Positions 1 to 14,421 of a DNA stretch of 64,000 bases are shown here, one piece after another. Numbering within the stretch: position 1 is the stretch's first letter; each line of letters opens with the position of its first letter. The translations under genes were made by a program, and so were the position numbers. This DNA comes from Raillietiella orientalis. Its lineage: Eukaryota. The stretch lies in NCBI GenBank assembly GCA_036172245.1, contig JAYWIR010000009.1, positions 3,782,001 to 3,846,000 on the forward strand. Reading direction: 5' to 3'. A model generated the notes under the pieces. The model had not been told where the DNA came from. It searched no databases and worked only from the letters and a program-made list of their open reading frames with translations.

Positions 1-180
1 GAACGAGAATGGCATTATCTGCCAGGGTCCCAAGGAGAGGGGTAGGGGCGCTCTTACTGGGTAGGAAGTCGAGGGCAGGGGGTGGAGGAGGGCAATCTTT
101 CGTCCGTTTCCGGGAGCAGGAAGGGGGCGCTGGTCGCAGCTTCCTATCCTTCGCCTCTCTCCGGGGGATGCGCGTGGCTA

Positions 181-1293
<1,113 letters not shown>

Positions 1294-3242
1294 CTGGAGA
1301 AGAAAGGCCACGGGTGAGGGAAAAGGAAAAAAAGTAGGGAGGGGAATCCGCCGCCTATGTGCACGTCGATGGCCGGGAATCGGAGGCGAGGTTCGAGGAC
1401 GCGCGTGCGGTTTCGCGCTCTCACCGCGGAGGAGCGCGCGACCGCTCCAGTGCGCCGGCTTGCCACGCGAGAGGCGTCCTCCGGGAGAAAACAGGGCTCT
1501 GCGCAGAGGAGGGGAAGATCGCTGCTGCGGTTTCAACGACACGGGATCGTGTCATTTGGGAAGCGTGCGTGGCAGAGGACGTGCACCCCGGTGCGCACGC
1601 AGTGACACGCACACGCGCATCTCGAACGTGAGGCGAACGGCCATGCGCGCGCGCTCGGTCAGCACGCGCTTGACGTCGACTTGCACACGCAAGGGAAGGG
1701 AGGGGGGGGGGGGTCGAGGGCGCGTGCAGTCGATAGCACCCCCTGCACCCGCACGCAAACGTTGGGTTTTATTTATTTTGCTGCCTGCGTCTCGCCCCGC
1801 TGTCTCAGATGGGCCCGCCAGGTGTCATTCGCGAAAGACCTCTCCGTACGGCTCTCAGGAGTGCAGAGGGATGCGAGGGAAAGCGAAAGTGAAGGGGTGA
1901 TTCGTCCCAGCTAAGAGCTCCTGCTGAGAAGCGGCAACTGGCGCGAGGCCACAGAGGAGGCGAACCAAGCGCTTTCTTCGCACAATCCCCCAGAAGTCCG
2001 CACTATCAACCACGCGATCGACCGCATTGCTCTTCCGGGAGGGGAGGGTGGGAGGGGGGTGGCAACGCGGCGCTGAAACTCGAGGGATCCGTCCCGAGCT
2101 TGCCGAGCGACTACACGAAAGCCGTCCACCGTTGGCACTGCGAGTGGGTCGCCGTCCTCCCTCCACCAGATGGCGCACCGTGGGTATCAGCGCACACTAG
2201 GGGAAGCTAGGGGCGGCGCCTAGGGTTCACGCGGGAGAAGCACGTGGTCTTCCCGAGATCGCCCGAAGCGCGCTCCAAGAAGAAGGCTGAAGTGGCGGCG
2301 AGGACGCGACACCGACGAGCGGACGAAAGAGGCTCAGCTTCTCTGCGGAGACAGATTTCCCCGGAGCTAATGTTGTCGCTACTTATCGCCTCCCCATATA
2401 AAAACAAGAGGTTCGTTTCCATCCTTGCAAGAAGATTAAGCCGGAACCTGATTAAATTTCTTTCCTTCTGGAGAACTATGAAAAATTAATGGCCCATCAC
2501 GCTGGTCTTCTTCGGGAACACATACTCAGATTAAACCGAGTGAACTCTTGAATTCAAAGCGCAAGAAAAAGCTATTTTGAGTTTTAATTGGCCATCTTGA
2601 AAATTTAATCAAGCTTAATAAATTTCGGGTACATCATTTGCGAGAACCTTTTATTCCTCCTCATCGTGCTCTCTCGCGCACACTTATCCCTTTTTAATGT
2701 TCCCCCCTCCCCCTTCTCTCCCTTCTTTCTTTTTTCTTTTAGAATCGACCTTTTTCGTACATTTAATTAATTGAGCTGTTGTCATTAAGGGTCCTCTTTT
2801 GCTTGGGAGCAGTACTGAAAAAATTGCGCGTCTAAGTATTCCCAAGATGCAGTGATTCAGATGATTGTTCCCGACTCGAGATACTCGGAGAGATACGAAA
2901 CTTCCTCAGGATAGGACGGGGTCTTCGTCTTCGCCTTCGGATTTTATTTGCCATCGATAGGCTCGGATGATTTCGTAGGACGCTGCCGTTCCCCCGCTCC
3001 CTCCCTCCGTCTGTCTTTCCCGAGGTCTTCGGCTAGCGAAATTCCCTGGGACCCGGCGCCACGGGATGGTCCAAGAAGTCGAGGTCCCAGTACTTCAGGA
3101 ACGCGCGCAAGAATCGGTGGACCCACCGAGGAGTTGAAAAAGCTGAGACTCTTCCCAGCCAGCTTTCAGGCCTCGTTCTCGCTTCCTGTTTTTGAAGCAC
3201 CCCTTCTCTCAGAATGCACCCTTCCCTGCCCTCTTTCCAACC

Positions 3243-3266
3243 GCCTTCAAGAAGCTTCTTGAAGGC
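3243..3266. promoter_or_regulatory. Perfect 24-bp palindrome containing a canonical 4-pentamer heat shock element
   Basis: GCCTTCAAGAAGCTTCTTGAAGGC is self-complementary. Its core cTTCa aGAAg cTTCt tGAAg (3245-3264) is four alternating nGAAn units. Function is not shown. Confidence 0.5.
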
Positions 3267-3719
3267 AACGTCGCAACCGGCAGATGAACAACTGAAGAGT
3301 GATTATTGCCAGCTGAAAGCTCCGTCCTCGAAAGCAATTGGGTCCCAGAAGAAGCACTATCCCTCTGTGGAGGCCGCCGATTTTTGGACGCGCGCCAACA
3401 AGCAAAAACGGAACGGCGAAAAGCGGAAGATTCCCCGCTGGCTGACTGCAAAGGTTTCCCCGAATGGCGCGGCAATCCACTGCGGCATGCCCTCAGGCAC
3501 GACGGCACAGCAGCTCATGCGTGTGCCGAAGTGTGCCAGACTTGGGACGGAAGAAGCGAATGGGATTCCTCTTCTGTACAGCCAAAAACGCTCCCGTACT
3601 GCAAGCCAGAACCTGAGTGTACGGTGCGCCCATCCACCGTGCTACCGCTAAGCGCTCGTGAGCCGTCAGCTCCACGGTACGCACCTGCCGTACAGCTTGA
3701 TTTGCGCGAGTTTCCGTAC

Positions 3720-4005
3720 AGCATTTATGGATTATATACATAAATGTGTATAAGTATATATATCAATACATATGATACGGACTTATATTTTTCATAATCT
3801 TCATCAAATACATGAATCCATACACATATCTTTGTACAAATATACATAAGAAGCACATATATTCATTTGCTATAATCTTTGCTATACATGTCAACAGATT
3901 ATGAATTTTATGTATAAAATGTACGACCGTGTTTAATACATCCGTTCCAATAATGTTACCGCTATGTACGTTAATGAATATGAATAACTACGTACATTAA
4001 AATAA
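3720..4005. repeat. AT-rich low-complexity (TATA/TACA-like) tract
   Basis: Abrupt AT-rich stretch of TA/TACA/ATAT motifs within GC-rich flanks. Confidence 0.6.
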
Positions 4006-4009
4006 AATG

Positions 4010-4790
4010 GCAGAGTTCACGAATCACCGAAGGCCGCCTCCCGTTGTTCCGGCCTTCATCGGGGGCCTCCGGCTTAATCCACCGCCGGTGCCACGCCCGA
4101 ATGATTAGGCCAACCAGCGCCATTGCAGGAGAAACACGGAACCCAACCTAATCTGCGTGGAATGAGCGCACGTGTGTTTTATTCCTTATGATCTTCCGGG
4201 ATTTCGAACCGGACCCCCTTGAGAAGACCAACGGGGGAGGGATGTCAAGGCAACTGCAGCCGACGCCCCCGTTCTCCTCGGGATAAAACGAGCAGCTCTT
4301 CCACCGGACCGCGACGGTCCAGGAGACGATCCAGAAGTCCGCGATCCAGGAGCATTGCCAGTTCACCCATGGCGACGCGCTAAAGATTGAGCAGCGACAG
4401 GAGCAAGCCACTGGCCAAGGGCAGAGAGACTCGGGCTGCGCCAGGAACAGAGAAGGAGACACGGGCGCGCGCGCGATAAATCCTTTCCTGGCAAGAAAGA
4501 AGAGCCATAGCTTCCCGGGGGTGTGAGAGAGTTCAGGGAGATGGAGCGGGCGAGCGAAACAAACGAACCGGAAGTGCTGGGACGTGCACTTGCTCACTGC
4601 ACCGTGGGCAGGACACGTGGAATGATTCGTCGCTGACGGCCAACCCGTCCTGATTCCATTTGGGTCGGATTGGTCCTCGGAGGCTGCGAGTGCGATGAAA
4701 ATGATGTCAAATGGCCTGGCAACCGCTCGGAAGACAAGCAAATTAAACACTGAGCCACTCCCTCGCGCGAGTGGACGAAACGTTCCTTCA
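4010..4790 (+). mobile_element. Decayed Penelope-like element 3' part (linker plus GIY-YIG endonuclease relic, followed by a hammerhead-like tail)
   Basis: Plus-strand frames give ...DPL..GCQGNCSR.. then FSSG*NEQLFHRTATVQETIQKSAIQEHCQFTHG...EGDTGARAINPFL. This resembles the PLE GIY-YIG pattern VY..C..C...YIG.T.R.L..R..EH...SAI.EH....H...EA..I...P.LN. It contains stops and frameshifts. Confidence 0.55.
4750..4786 (+). ncRNA. Degenerate minimal hammerhead ribozyme relic
   Basis: CTGAG-CCACTC-loop-GAGTGG-AC-GAAACGTT. Stem II and the GAAACGTH 3' core are present, but the CUGANGA box is incomplete. It lies just 3' of the PLE relic, where such ribozymes are expected. Confidence 0.4.
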
Positions 4791-5307
4791 CGTCGTTTTA
4801 TTTATTGATTTCGCCGCGATAAATCACGACGCTGGCGAGGATTCGTGAACTCTTCCGCTTAAGGACCTTGTTTCGCTCCCGGTACGGGGAAGGATGCTGG
4901 AAGTCCCAGCTCGCTCTGAGCCGCGTGCCCTCTCCGGAGACGCTGAAAGCAAAAGGGTCTTCGTCCAGCGACTAGCGGAACGTACTAGCAAGGGACAGGG
5001 GATTGAAAGGAGAGGAAGAAGGAATCATGAAACCGAGAGATCGATAGAAAAAAAAAAAAAAAAAAAGGAAAAAAGAGGAGTTGCACACGCTGCAATCGTG
5101 CACCACACGTCAACCGCGAGCAGGAGGCAGCAACAGTCATTTCTAGCACTCTTCCGCTCTGAGGGCTGCTTCCAGAAGCACGTGAAGATCCCCAGGCACA
5201 GGCGAAGATGTCGTACGCCCGTATGTACGCAAAACATGCACTCGCACGCTTACCAAATGCAGGTGCTTGCGAGACCTTTCAAGAGCATTCGTTGAGTTCG
5301 AGGATAT

Positions 5308-5352
5308 ACACACACACACACACACACACATACACATACATATACACATATA
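5308..5352. repeat. (CA)n/(TACA)n microsatellite
   Basis: Directly visible. Confidence 0.9.
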
Positions 5353-7096
5353 AAACCCTTGGAAGTTGTCTGCAGAGGACGCGGGAGGAAAGGCTGAGAG
5401 AGCAGCAGGCAGCTGGAGTTGCGACCAAGAACGAAATCGAAAGGGATGAAAGGTCATCGCGCTGACGAAAAAGGTGATGGGCAGCCGGGAATTTTTTTCG
5501 CTATGCCAGAAAGATGAGTGGGGCGCCGAATGGACCCGAAGGCGTTCCGGTAAAAGAGAGAAAGAGTGGAGGGCGAACCTCCAGCAAACAACAGGAAAGC
5601 GTCCTCAAGATGTTCTTCCGCTGCAGATGAAGAAACCGAGGTGCACTAAAAAGGGAAGAAGGGAAAGAAAAAGAAAGAGATTGCCCCAATAAGGACGAGA
5701 AAGAGGAGTTGCCCATGAATACTGGATGAAAAGACTTGTACAAGGAACGCACGCTATCCCGATAACAACGCATCAATTTAACGAGAACCTCGCTTGACCG
5801 GAGTAATTGGGCGTCGCTAAAGAATGCCGATCAGGGTCCCGTTTCCTGCAGATAGCGGCGTCATCAGGAAAAACGCATCCTTCATCAATTCTGTTCCCTC
5901 CCGAACTCCCGCCTTTCTCTCCTCCACGAGGACGCCCAGGGACTAGATTGCTACGGTTACGGGAAACTTAGCAAGGAGCGGAGGATGCATGCCATCCGGA
6001 TACCTACTTCCGCTGCTGCTCAGCGGACTCGGGATGCAATCGAAACAACGGTGCCTGGTTCCGAGAAGAAGTCTGACGGCGAAAGAAAAGTTCACGCTGC
6101 GGGGCAACCGTTCCGACGACTGTCTTCCTGTGAGAATTCGCCGTTTCCAGGATCCCCTCCCCCGATTCGGAAACGGACGGCACTTATGCCTCTCCCTGGA
6201 AAGGACACCCGACTTTCACTTTCGCGTCTCGGTGGAAACCGCAGCATCCAGACATCATCACAGCAAGCAAGCATCGCGGTCCAGCTTCCTCATCTTCCAG
6301 TTTCCTTTACGATTTATACCGAACTCGAATCGCGGCGCCCCACCCCAAGCGACGAGAAAGCTGAAGAGAAATACAACGAAGAAAAAAAAGAAAAAAAAAA
6401 AAGAAAAAGCAGAAAAAGAAAAGAAAAGAAAGAAATTTGGCTTCCTACTTTTGTTGCTGTTGTCCTTTTTTTCTTTGTTTCGGTTTCAGTAAGGATAGAG
6501 AAAATTCAGTGGCGCTGAAAATGGGGCGCAAATTCCGGGATACCGACGGATGCTCAAGGCGCTTCCTTTTCCGGCGACATGGCGCGGAGTGCGCTCGGTT
6601 ACTTTCACGCTCGCTTGGGAAAACCAGACAGCCTTTTTTTTTTTTTTTCCTTTTTTTTTCTTCCCCCCCATTTCAGATCTCTCCGTTTCCTCCTTTGTTC
6701 CCTTCCATCATGGAGCAATGAATCCTCATTTATCCGTCCACGGTTCCTCTCCCCCCCCCCATTTCAACTGCACGGGGCGCTTCCACGAAAAGTCTTCCGG
6801 ACGCACCCGGCATCGGCGTGGGGACTGTCCGTCAGCAGCATCACCTTTTTATCGTTTTTCACAAACGCGGTCGTGTCTGTCAAAAGCATCGTTACCGCTC
6901 CACTTTGTTGGCCACACTTTTGTTCGCGCCACAATCTTGTTCTCACAGTCTTTCATCTTTTAACGCGGATAAATCAGACAGATGAATCAGATGAATCAGA
7001 CGATGCTCGCTCTTCTTGTCCGTTTTCGACCGGGGATGGAGAGAGGGGGAAGGAGGGAAGCAAAAAAGTCAAACTATTTTTCCAAGGAAACAAAAA

Positions 7097-7098
<2 letters not shown>

Positions 7099-7139
<41 letters not shown>
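7099..7139. repeat. (GA)n microsatellite
   Basis: Directly visible. Confidence 0.95.
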
Positions 7140-7140
<1 letters not shown>

Positions 7141-8049
7141 CAAAAAGCGGCCTCCCCAAAAACTCGGACATGCATGCAGGTCACGCACGCAGCGACTGCG
7201 TGTGTCACAGCAGTCGGCGGCTCTCGCGGTTGTTAAAGACGGAAAACTTACCGGCTACCGTTTGCTCGAGTCCGCAGTGACCAATGAGAACGTCGCATTC
7301 AGGCACGTAAGTAAAAACAACTGACCACGAAATGAGAATTCGATGAGAACACGTCTTTTTCTCTGCTAAGGCCCACACCATGAACTGAAGAAGTCGAGCG
7401 AAAACTCCATCCTTGACTTTCGTGCTGCCCCATCCGTGGGGTGAGCGGCCGAACGCCTTTCAACCCTCTCCGCTGGAGAGTTCCAGAGGTCCTCGGGAAA
7501 GACGACCGAAAAAGCAACCTTTCATACGGAAGCGGCGGCTCTTGGCAGCACCTGTTGGTAGTGCCGTCTCCGAAGGAAAAGAGAGGCCCCCTCATCCATC
7601 GTCCGCTCCAAGTCCTCCTCTGCACTTCTCTGGAAGGTTCGTTCTGGCGAACAAGCAAGGCTGAGGAGAACAACCGTAAGAGCCCCATCGGCAACGATTC
7701 GGCTCCCGAGGACGCTTGCGCAGCCAGGATGACGCGGATCCTGGCTGTAGACAGAAAGAGGGAAAAAATTGCCCTACGAAGTTCCTTCGCCGGTGCACTC
7801 TGGCTTTACCTCCTCCGGCAACCAGAATTCTTCCTATCGCACGAGCAGAGGCGCTTCGAAGCCGCAGCCGCAGCCTCAGAAAGCAAATTGAGATGGAGGT
7901 CGACTAGCGGACCGCAGCTGCTTCCGCTTCGACGCTTTCTCCCTCCCTCCCTCTCCTCTCCCTATGCCCCCGCTTGATAGATTCGGGCGTACCGCTCTCG
8001 GAAGACGTGCCTGAAAAGATTCGATAGGGGAACCGCGAGAAAGGATGGT

Positions 8050-9560
8050 GGAGCTTGCATGGACGGGCAGCTTTGCTGGCAACAGCCTAGGACGCAAGGG
8101 AGAGTGACGTGGGACCGAAGAAGGAAGAGGCCCTTCCCCTGATCGTGCCTCTGCACGGAGGAACGCTCTGGCACGGAGAAAGCGCCAACGCTAAGACAGG
8201 TGTAGCCACCTTCGTTGACCAACGGTTCCCAGTTCTCTCTCTAGTCGGCTCTCCGGGTCGCCTTGCCTCCGTGGGTCCCTGTCTTCAGGAACAGTTCTCT
8301 CTTCTTCGGGAACCAGCGAGGATCTCAGCTAGGAAACTGGGCGAGCGAGCTGGCACATCTCCCGAGAACGCTGCTCCGCTCGCTTAGCGATACGGCAAAG
8401 GCAGATGCCGTCTAAAAATAGAATCCGCGGGTCACGTCCGTAACCATGGAGGTGCGGAGTTTTCCATCCACTGGGAAACGCGCAGCAGCCAAACGTGCGT
8501 GGAAAAACGCGGACGAAAAAAATAAAGGAAACTCAAGCGACCCGCACGTCTTTCGCTTACTTATTCCAGGAGGAGGTCTGCTGTGAGTTCCGTTCCGGAC
8601 GCGGCATCCCGAAAAGTTCGCATCAGCAAAAGCTCAAGAGCGGCCATAACGAAAGATGAAGGCCTCCGAGGGCATGGAACCACGGACACGACCAGAGCAG
8701 GGATCGTTCCAACGTCTCCGTTCGGTTGAGCTTTTTTCCCTCGCCGCGCCCGGATGTAATCATCACGAGAAAGGGGCGGTGTGAGGGAAGGAAGACGACC
8801 AATGCTCACGGGCGTCTGAAGAACGGGCCGTCCACACCTTTTTCACGAGCCCCGCTCACTGCCTTCTCGAAGAAGAGGCCATCCCGCTACCCTGAGGGCT
8901 TCCCGCTGTCCATAACAGCTGACAGGGCGTTCGGAAACGCTCTGACCTCCGGTCTTTGGGCTGGCGCGTTCCTCGCAGACCGAAAGCAGGGGGCGGAGAG
9001 TGATTCGGTGGTCCGGTGATGAGTGCACCAATGCGTTTACGGCGACCGAAGGCGGGCGGGAGCCAATCGAGCTTGCGCGGCGTCCGCCTCAAGCAGTTTG
9101 CATCTGCTGTCGCCGTGGCGCTCGCGTCACGCTCCGTTCAAGGATGGGACGGCGTCCCTGTGATGCGTTCGAAGGGTGCGGACAGCGGTCGCAGGGCTGC
9201 CTCGCGAGAACTTGCGAACGGCAGCACGTGGTTCGGCCCTCGCGGCTTCAGAGTTGCCATGGATGCAGCAAGGCATCGAGCAGCAGCTAGGCAGCGCCTG
9301 CAGTGGCAGAGGCGCAATCCCGCCGAATCAGGGATGTTGCCCCTGCTCAGCTCATGGAACGCGCTCCGCTTGGCCCTGGAGAGAACCAGAGATCAGGGCG
9401 TCCACGTTGGAGGGACACTTGGTCTCCGGGGAGAAGACTTGCCGCGTCACCCCGGCAACGCATTCCCATGGCAAGCTCCCTCGAGTCGGAGCGGTGCGGA
9501 GTCTGTAGCAGAACCGTGCTAACTGCATTCCCCGAAATTCGCGCCGCCAGCCCACGATGA
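8050..9560 (+). mobile_element. Decayed L1/Tx1-type LINE ORF2 relic (APE N-terminus and RT fragments)
   Basis: WHGESANAKTGVATFVDQRFPVLSLVGSPGRLASV resembles APE GVAIL...GR.L.V. PLSITADRAFGNALTSGLW resembles LSLD.EKAFD.V...FLW. LRGVRLK resembles RGVRQG. RRNPAESGMLPLLSSW resembles N..KS..L..W. The motifs are colinear but frameshifted. Confidence 0.5.
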
Positions 9561-11866
9561 GGCGCAGGAACCCTTTCCGACTGGGTACGTGGCTTCTGGG
9601 GTTGCCGGGGACGGCAGCAGAGATGCGTGCCGCTGGCTCGACCACCCTCTGGGATAAGATTGGAGGAATCACGATCCCCTTCCCCTCCCCCTCCCTGCAC
9701 ACACTCTGTTCCGCAATCAGCTGCGGGGAGTTTCTCTTGGGGTGACCGCACGAAAAAAATCCCTTCGACCCCTCGAAACTCTGGAGGGAGATCGGACAAC
9801 GGAAAAAGCAAACTGCTGTCTCTCCTCCTCCTTTCGAGGGAACAGCTTCTTCTGTACCCTGTACCAGAATCTCCCCTCAGCCTCCGGGAGAATCCGGAAA
9901 GACCAATAGCTTCATGGTCGGAAGGGTTCGGCGAAGAGTCGAAGGGGGCAGCCGCCAGCCAACAAGAAGTTCGACAAGCGGACTGAGCGGCTTGGCGAAG
10001 TGGGCGGTCGGGGAGACTGTCGGCCTCACGGGCCTTCCGCTCGCATCCCGGACTCGCTTTCTCAGCGCTCCCGAGTGGATGGGGAGGTCCTGGTCGCGGA
10101 AAAATCGTTTCCAATACTCCACCCCATCGCACCACTGCCGTCGCGACGTCCAGGGATCTCGGGGGCAGCGGGAGGAAGGGAAGGGAAGCGGGGGGGGGGG
10201 GGGGGGAGCAGCTGCTGTTGAAGAGTGGCTCTTCCCTGCTGCTGCGGTCGAGAGGCCTCAAAAGCTGGCCACACGCCGTGTGGCAGCCGAGAGGGAAGGC
10301 GCGGCCAAACGGGGGTCTGACCGTGTGCGGACTCTCTTCCCCATGCGCGCGCGTTGGGTCGGGAGAGGCCGCCGCGTGCTGGCGCGAGAGGCGGCGCCCC
10401 GCTTCTACGCAGAAGGGGGGAGGGAGGGGATTTCGCTTCCTCAGCTGAAAGCGTAGCTTTGGGTAGCTTCTTCGGGAGGTGGGAAGGGGACGACTGGTCT
10501 GAAGCAACACCTCGCCCTGGTCCTCCGAAAGGACGACGTTTCGAAGAAAACGGAAGAAAAGGAACTCTCGGGCAAAAAAAAGACGGAAGGTCGGTTCCTT
10601 CCTTGCCGACGAAGCGCGCCGCGCCTTCCCTTCTCTCTCTCTCTTTTCTTCCCACGGACGTTTGAACGGGGCCAACCGAGCCCACGGGCCGAGAGATGGT
10701 TACTGCTTAACGACCGCAAAAGGAAAAAAAGGCGTGGCGCATCGCAAGACTTGTCGGACCGCAGCTGCTGACCGGCACGAGGTCGCGTGACACAACCTTC
10801 TTTCAACGATTCGTTGTTTGCTCTCCGTCTCCAAGAGTGACGGGAGGACGGCGCTTGGCTCCTTAGGCGTTGCGAGGCGGGCGGCGGGAGAGCCGCCCAC
10901 CGTGCGTGCGCGCGCGCGCACGCAAGAGCGAGGAGAGCGGTCGGCGCGTGCGCCGTGCGCGCCTCGGCTGGCTGTCGTCCGACCCCCACTCGGAAACGTC
11001 AGGCCCTGACCGTAGGAAAAGACTTGCGGACGGCGAGAGGCCGTTTCAGGAATTTCTCTTTCTCTCCTTCCGTTTTTTTTCTTTTTTTTTTTCCTTCTCT
11101 TTTCCCTTCCTTCCTTCCTTCCTGGCAGCCCCGTGCTGATGTCCCTCATCCCTCTTCAGCTGCGCTCACGCGACTTTGTCGCAAAACCGAAAAAGTTCGT
11201 CAGCAGCGCCGCTGCCTATTCGCCCGAAATTTTTCCTCGAGTGTTTCCGTTCTCTTCCCGTCTCTTCCCTCGGTGTGTTTTCATTTTCATTCCTTTCCTC
11301 CGTTTTTCTTCCACTCCTTCCCTCCCCACCCACCCCCTTAGCTCTCCCTCTCTCTCTTTTTCTCTCCCCCTTTTCTTTCTTTTCCACTTTAGCACACCGA
11401 ACCGAAAGCCACTCTTCTCGAGAGTTTTTTCCTCCCCCCCACCCCTCTCCCCCCAGATTTCCGACTTTCAAGTGTCGAAAAGTTTTTCGGACATCATGGC
11501 CGGACTGGGGATTCGCCCCTCCTCAAGCCCCAAAGCAGATGATATTCTTCCTCCTCATTCATCTATTTATTCACGCGCACCGCGAGGCCGTAGCGCGGAC
11601 GGGAGCCGACTGGAGTGCCTCTCACTTGAGGGAACGAGTAGGGGCCCTCCCGTAGTCGTACGCTCACCTATCGATAACAGGCGCCCCACCGCAACCGGAC
11701 GAGAAGATGCGCCGAGGGGGGGGGGGGGGGGAGTTGGGGTGCATCTCGTGGCCGCTCGTCACGCGGAGCGGCTGGAGGGGCTCCGTGAGGTCTCCCACGA
11801 CCTCGGTCGGGGGGAAAAAAGAAGGCTGTTGAAATAACATTATTGTTAGCACGCCTTCACGCCGGG

Positions 11867-11886
11867 ATGTACCACCGGTGGTACAT
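11867..11886. other. Perfect 20-bp palindrome ATGTACCACCGGTGGTACAT, partly repeated at 11911-11921
   Basis: Directly visible; function unknown. Confidence 0.85.
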
Positions 11887-14383
11887 GGATGGTGTCTCAT
11901 CGCGCGCGACGTACCACCGGTAATACAAACGGATCTGATCGCTTTTAGCGGTCCTTTTTTTCTTTTTTTTAAATAAAATCGATAAAAATTCCACAAATGA
12001 ACAAAAACGAGATGGTTGCTTGATTTTGAACAGTTGTTTTTAATAAGGATTAATACATATATAAATAAATAAAATACACGTTAATTTCAAAGGGCAAATG
12101 AGGAGAGCTGCTACATAGAACAAAAGCTCCATTAAAGCGAAAATTCGCTCAAAACTGCTGCAGTCGAGACGTCGAAAGAAAGGAACGTTTCCGTTTTGAT
12201 CCCATCTTCTATTAACAAAGAAGAGGAAAGGGGTGAGCCGCATCCCATCATGTGGTTTCCTCCAAATCGGCCCCGTCCGGGGGACGAAAACCGATAAATA
12301 ACCGAGCGCCCCCCCCCCCGCCACCGCGAGACTGTGAATTATGGGGCCCCGGCACGAACGTGTTAATAACAAAAATAAAACACTGCCCTCCGGCCGAAGC
12401 ACTCGAGACCGTCCTCCTGGAAGATGCGGACGGAGGCTCCCAGTTGAGATTACGGGAAGCTCCCCCCCCCCCCTCCCTCGCGTCGACGGCTCCGAGCCGG
12501 CCCACTCCCGTCGAAAGTGCGCGCTCCCCCTTCCCCGAGAGCAGCGCCGGACTACCCGGAAAAGAAAGTTCCGTTCCCCCGCGGGAACCCGAGGGTGTGC
12601 CGAGGGGAGCGGTAGCACGGGGAAGTTCCCTCATCGGCCCTTCTCCCGAATCGAGTGGATCCGCAGCTTCTCCCTGCGCTCGGCAAGGGAAAGGCGCAGA
12701 GAGGGTCCCCCACGTAGCCGCTGCTTCGCAAGCAGGGAAAGCGGAAACACACCCGGGGGGCCACCGTGCTCATTTCCTTTCGCGCGTGTCCCTTTCTGCC
12801 CGACGGCGGCGAACATACAGGAATGCCCCGGGCACGAAGGGGGGCGCGCTCCTTCGAACTCGGTCGCCGACGCTGCGTAGCGGGCAAACGACAGGCGTCC
12901 TTGGACGGACCACCCTACCCGACGAGCACCCCACTCGGGGGAAGCCGGAAGCGATCCCGATCTCGAATGGAAGAAGACCCTTCGCGGAAGAAAAACGTGA
13001 CGTCAAACGTGCGCTCCCTTGCGTGGACGAGCGTTCCTGCGACACCGTGCGCAGGTTCCGCCCCGCAGGCAGCAGCAGCCTTTCTCCTTCTTCCCCTGTT
13101 TCGTTTTCATCTTTTTCCCTCCCCCGTTCCCAGTGAGAGAAGCGCCGCACCCCAAGTTCAACCTTCCCCTCCCCCCCTCCCTCCCCCTGAAGAGCACGTA
13201 AACGCGATGCAACAGGTGGTTTCAACGGGACAGGACAAGCGTGCGAAAAACCGCCTCCGCTGCAAGTCCCCGCGTCTGGAGCGTGCGGCCGTGCTCGTCT
13301 TACCGTAGTAACTGTCATCGAAGCCATTCGGGAAGCGGCGAGGTTTATTGGGAGACGGGAAAGGAAAAGGAGGAACCGGGAAGAGGATCAACTATACTGC
13401 TGCGCTGAGCGTAAGCAGCGGGGCGAGCGGAGGAAACTGCACAGTCCGCCCCGTGGATGACGCGCCTCCCGCGTGTACCCACGCGCTTTCCGGATATTTA
13501 GGAACGCGCGATCACCTGGAATGGGAGCGGCCGGCTCATGGTTGCGTAGGTTCCGCTTCGCTCACGGTTGCCAGGGGAGCCGAAAAAAGAACGGGTGCGA
13601 CGCGTGTCGAGTGCAGGTCGCCAGGCCTTGGCGGGTCGGGCGTGAACTTCCCGGTTGACGCCGGCGTGCGAGTAGGCGCGCAAGCGCTGGAAACAGGGGG
13701 AGGGCGCCTTCGGCTGGGGGGCTACCTCGAAGGCCGCGAAGAGTTCGTAGGGTCCGTAGCCTGCTCCCCTCCTCCTTCCCCGTGCTGTGAAACTCTGGAG
13801 GCGCGGCCCTTGTTCCACGATCCTGTCTGGCAGCGTGCTCGTGCGTGGCGACAGAGCCGGGACCAGGGGCAAGCTGTACGGTGGCGCGGCTGGGTGCAGC
13901 AGCGGCAGCTCGGACTACGGAGGGAGGCACCACGAGAGTCGATGTGCGCGTGCGTGTTGCCTCCGCGTAGAGGACGCATGCGCGCCTGCCGTGAGTGCAG
14001 AGCTCCCGGAGCGCGCAGCGAGGTGCGGGCGGCCTCTCCCGTCCCTCTTTGCGAGCACGGCAAGATGATGGCGGGGGGTGGGGGGGGGGGAGGAAGGGGG
14101 GGATCGGTTTCTCGTCAGATTGGCGGCATGCCTCCAAGAAAGACTACGAACAGGATGCCGATGTGCAGGCTGCAGCAGAGAGGAGGAAGTAGGAAGAAAG
14201 TTAGGGCACTTCCCTTATGAGTGGTGATAAATGGTTTCCGAGGGAACAAAGAAGACGGAAGGAACGGCGAAAGGGCTGGCTGAGCGACAGAGACGATCGG
14301 CGCGGAGGAGGGTCCGTGGCTGCTCCAGCGGGCCGCCCTTTGGTTTCGAGGACTCATCGCTCAGGGGCTTTCGACGAGGCGAG

Positions 14384-14384
<1 letters not shown>

Positions 14385-14415
<31 letters not shown>

Positions 14416-14421
14416 CAAAAA
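14385..14421. repeat. (CAAAA)n microsatellite
   Basis: Directly visible. Confidence 0.9.

Noticed and set aside
3292..3326. CTGAAGA...GAAAGCTC hammerhead-like cores here and at about 7385-7410
   Set aside because: Stem II and stem I do not pair convincingly.
4148..4750. 200-aa Trp/Cys-rich minus-strand ORF
   Set aside because: It is the antisense shadow of the Penelope-like relic on the plus strand.
9347..10675. 442-aa ORF and similar long Arg/Pro/Gly-rich ORFs (e.g. 33469-34548, 36513-37514, 37940-38968)
   Set aside because: No recognisable domains. They overlap in several frames and cross homopolymers or microsatellites, as expected by chance in high-GC DNA.
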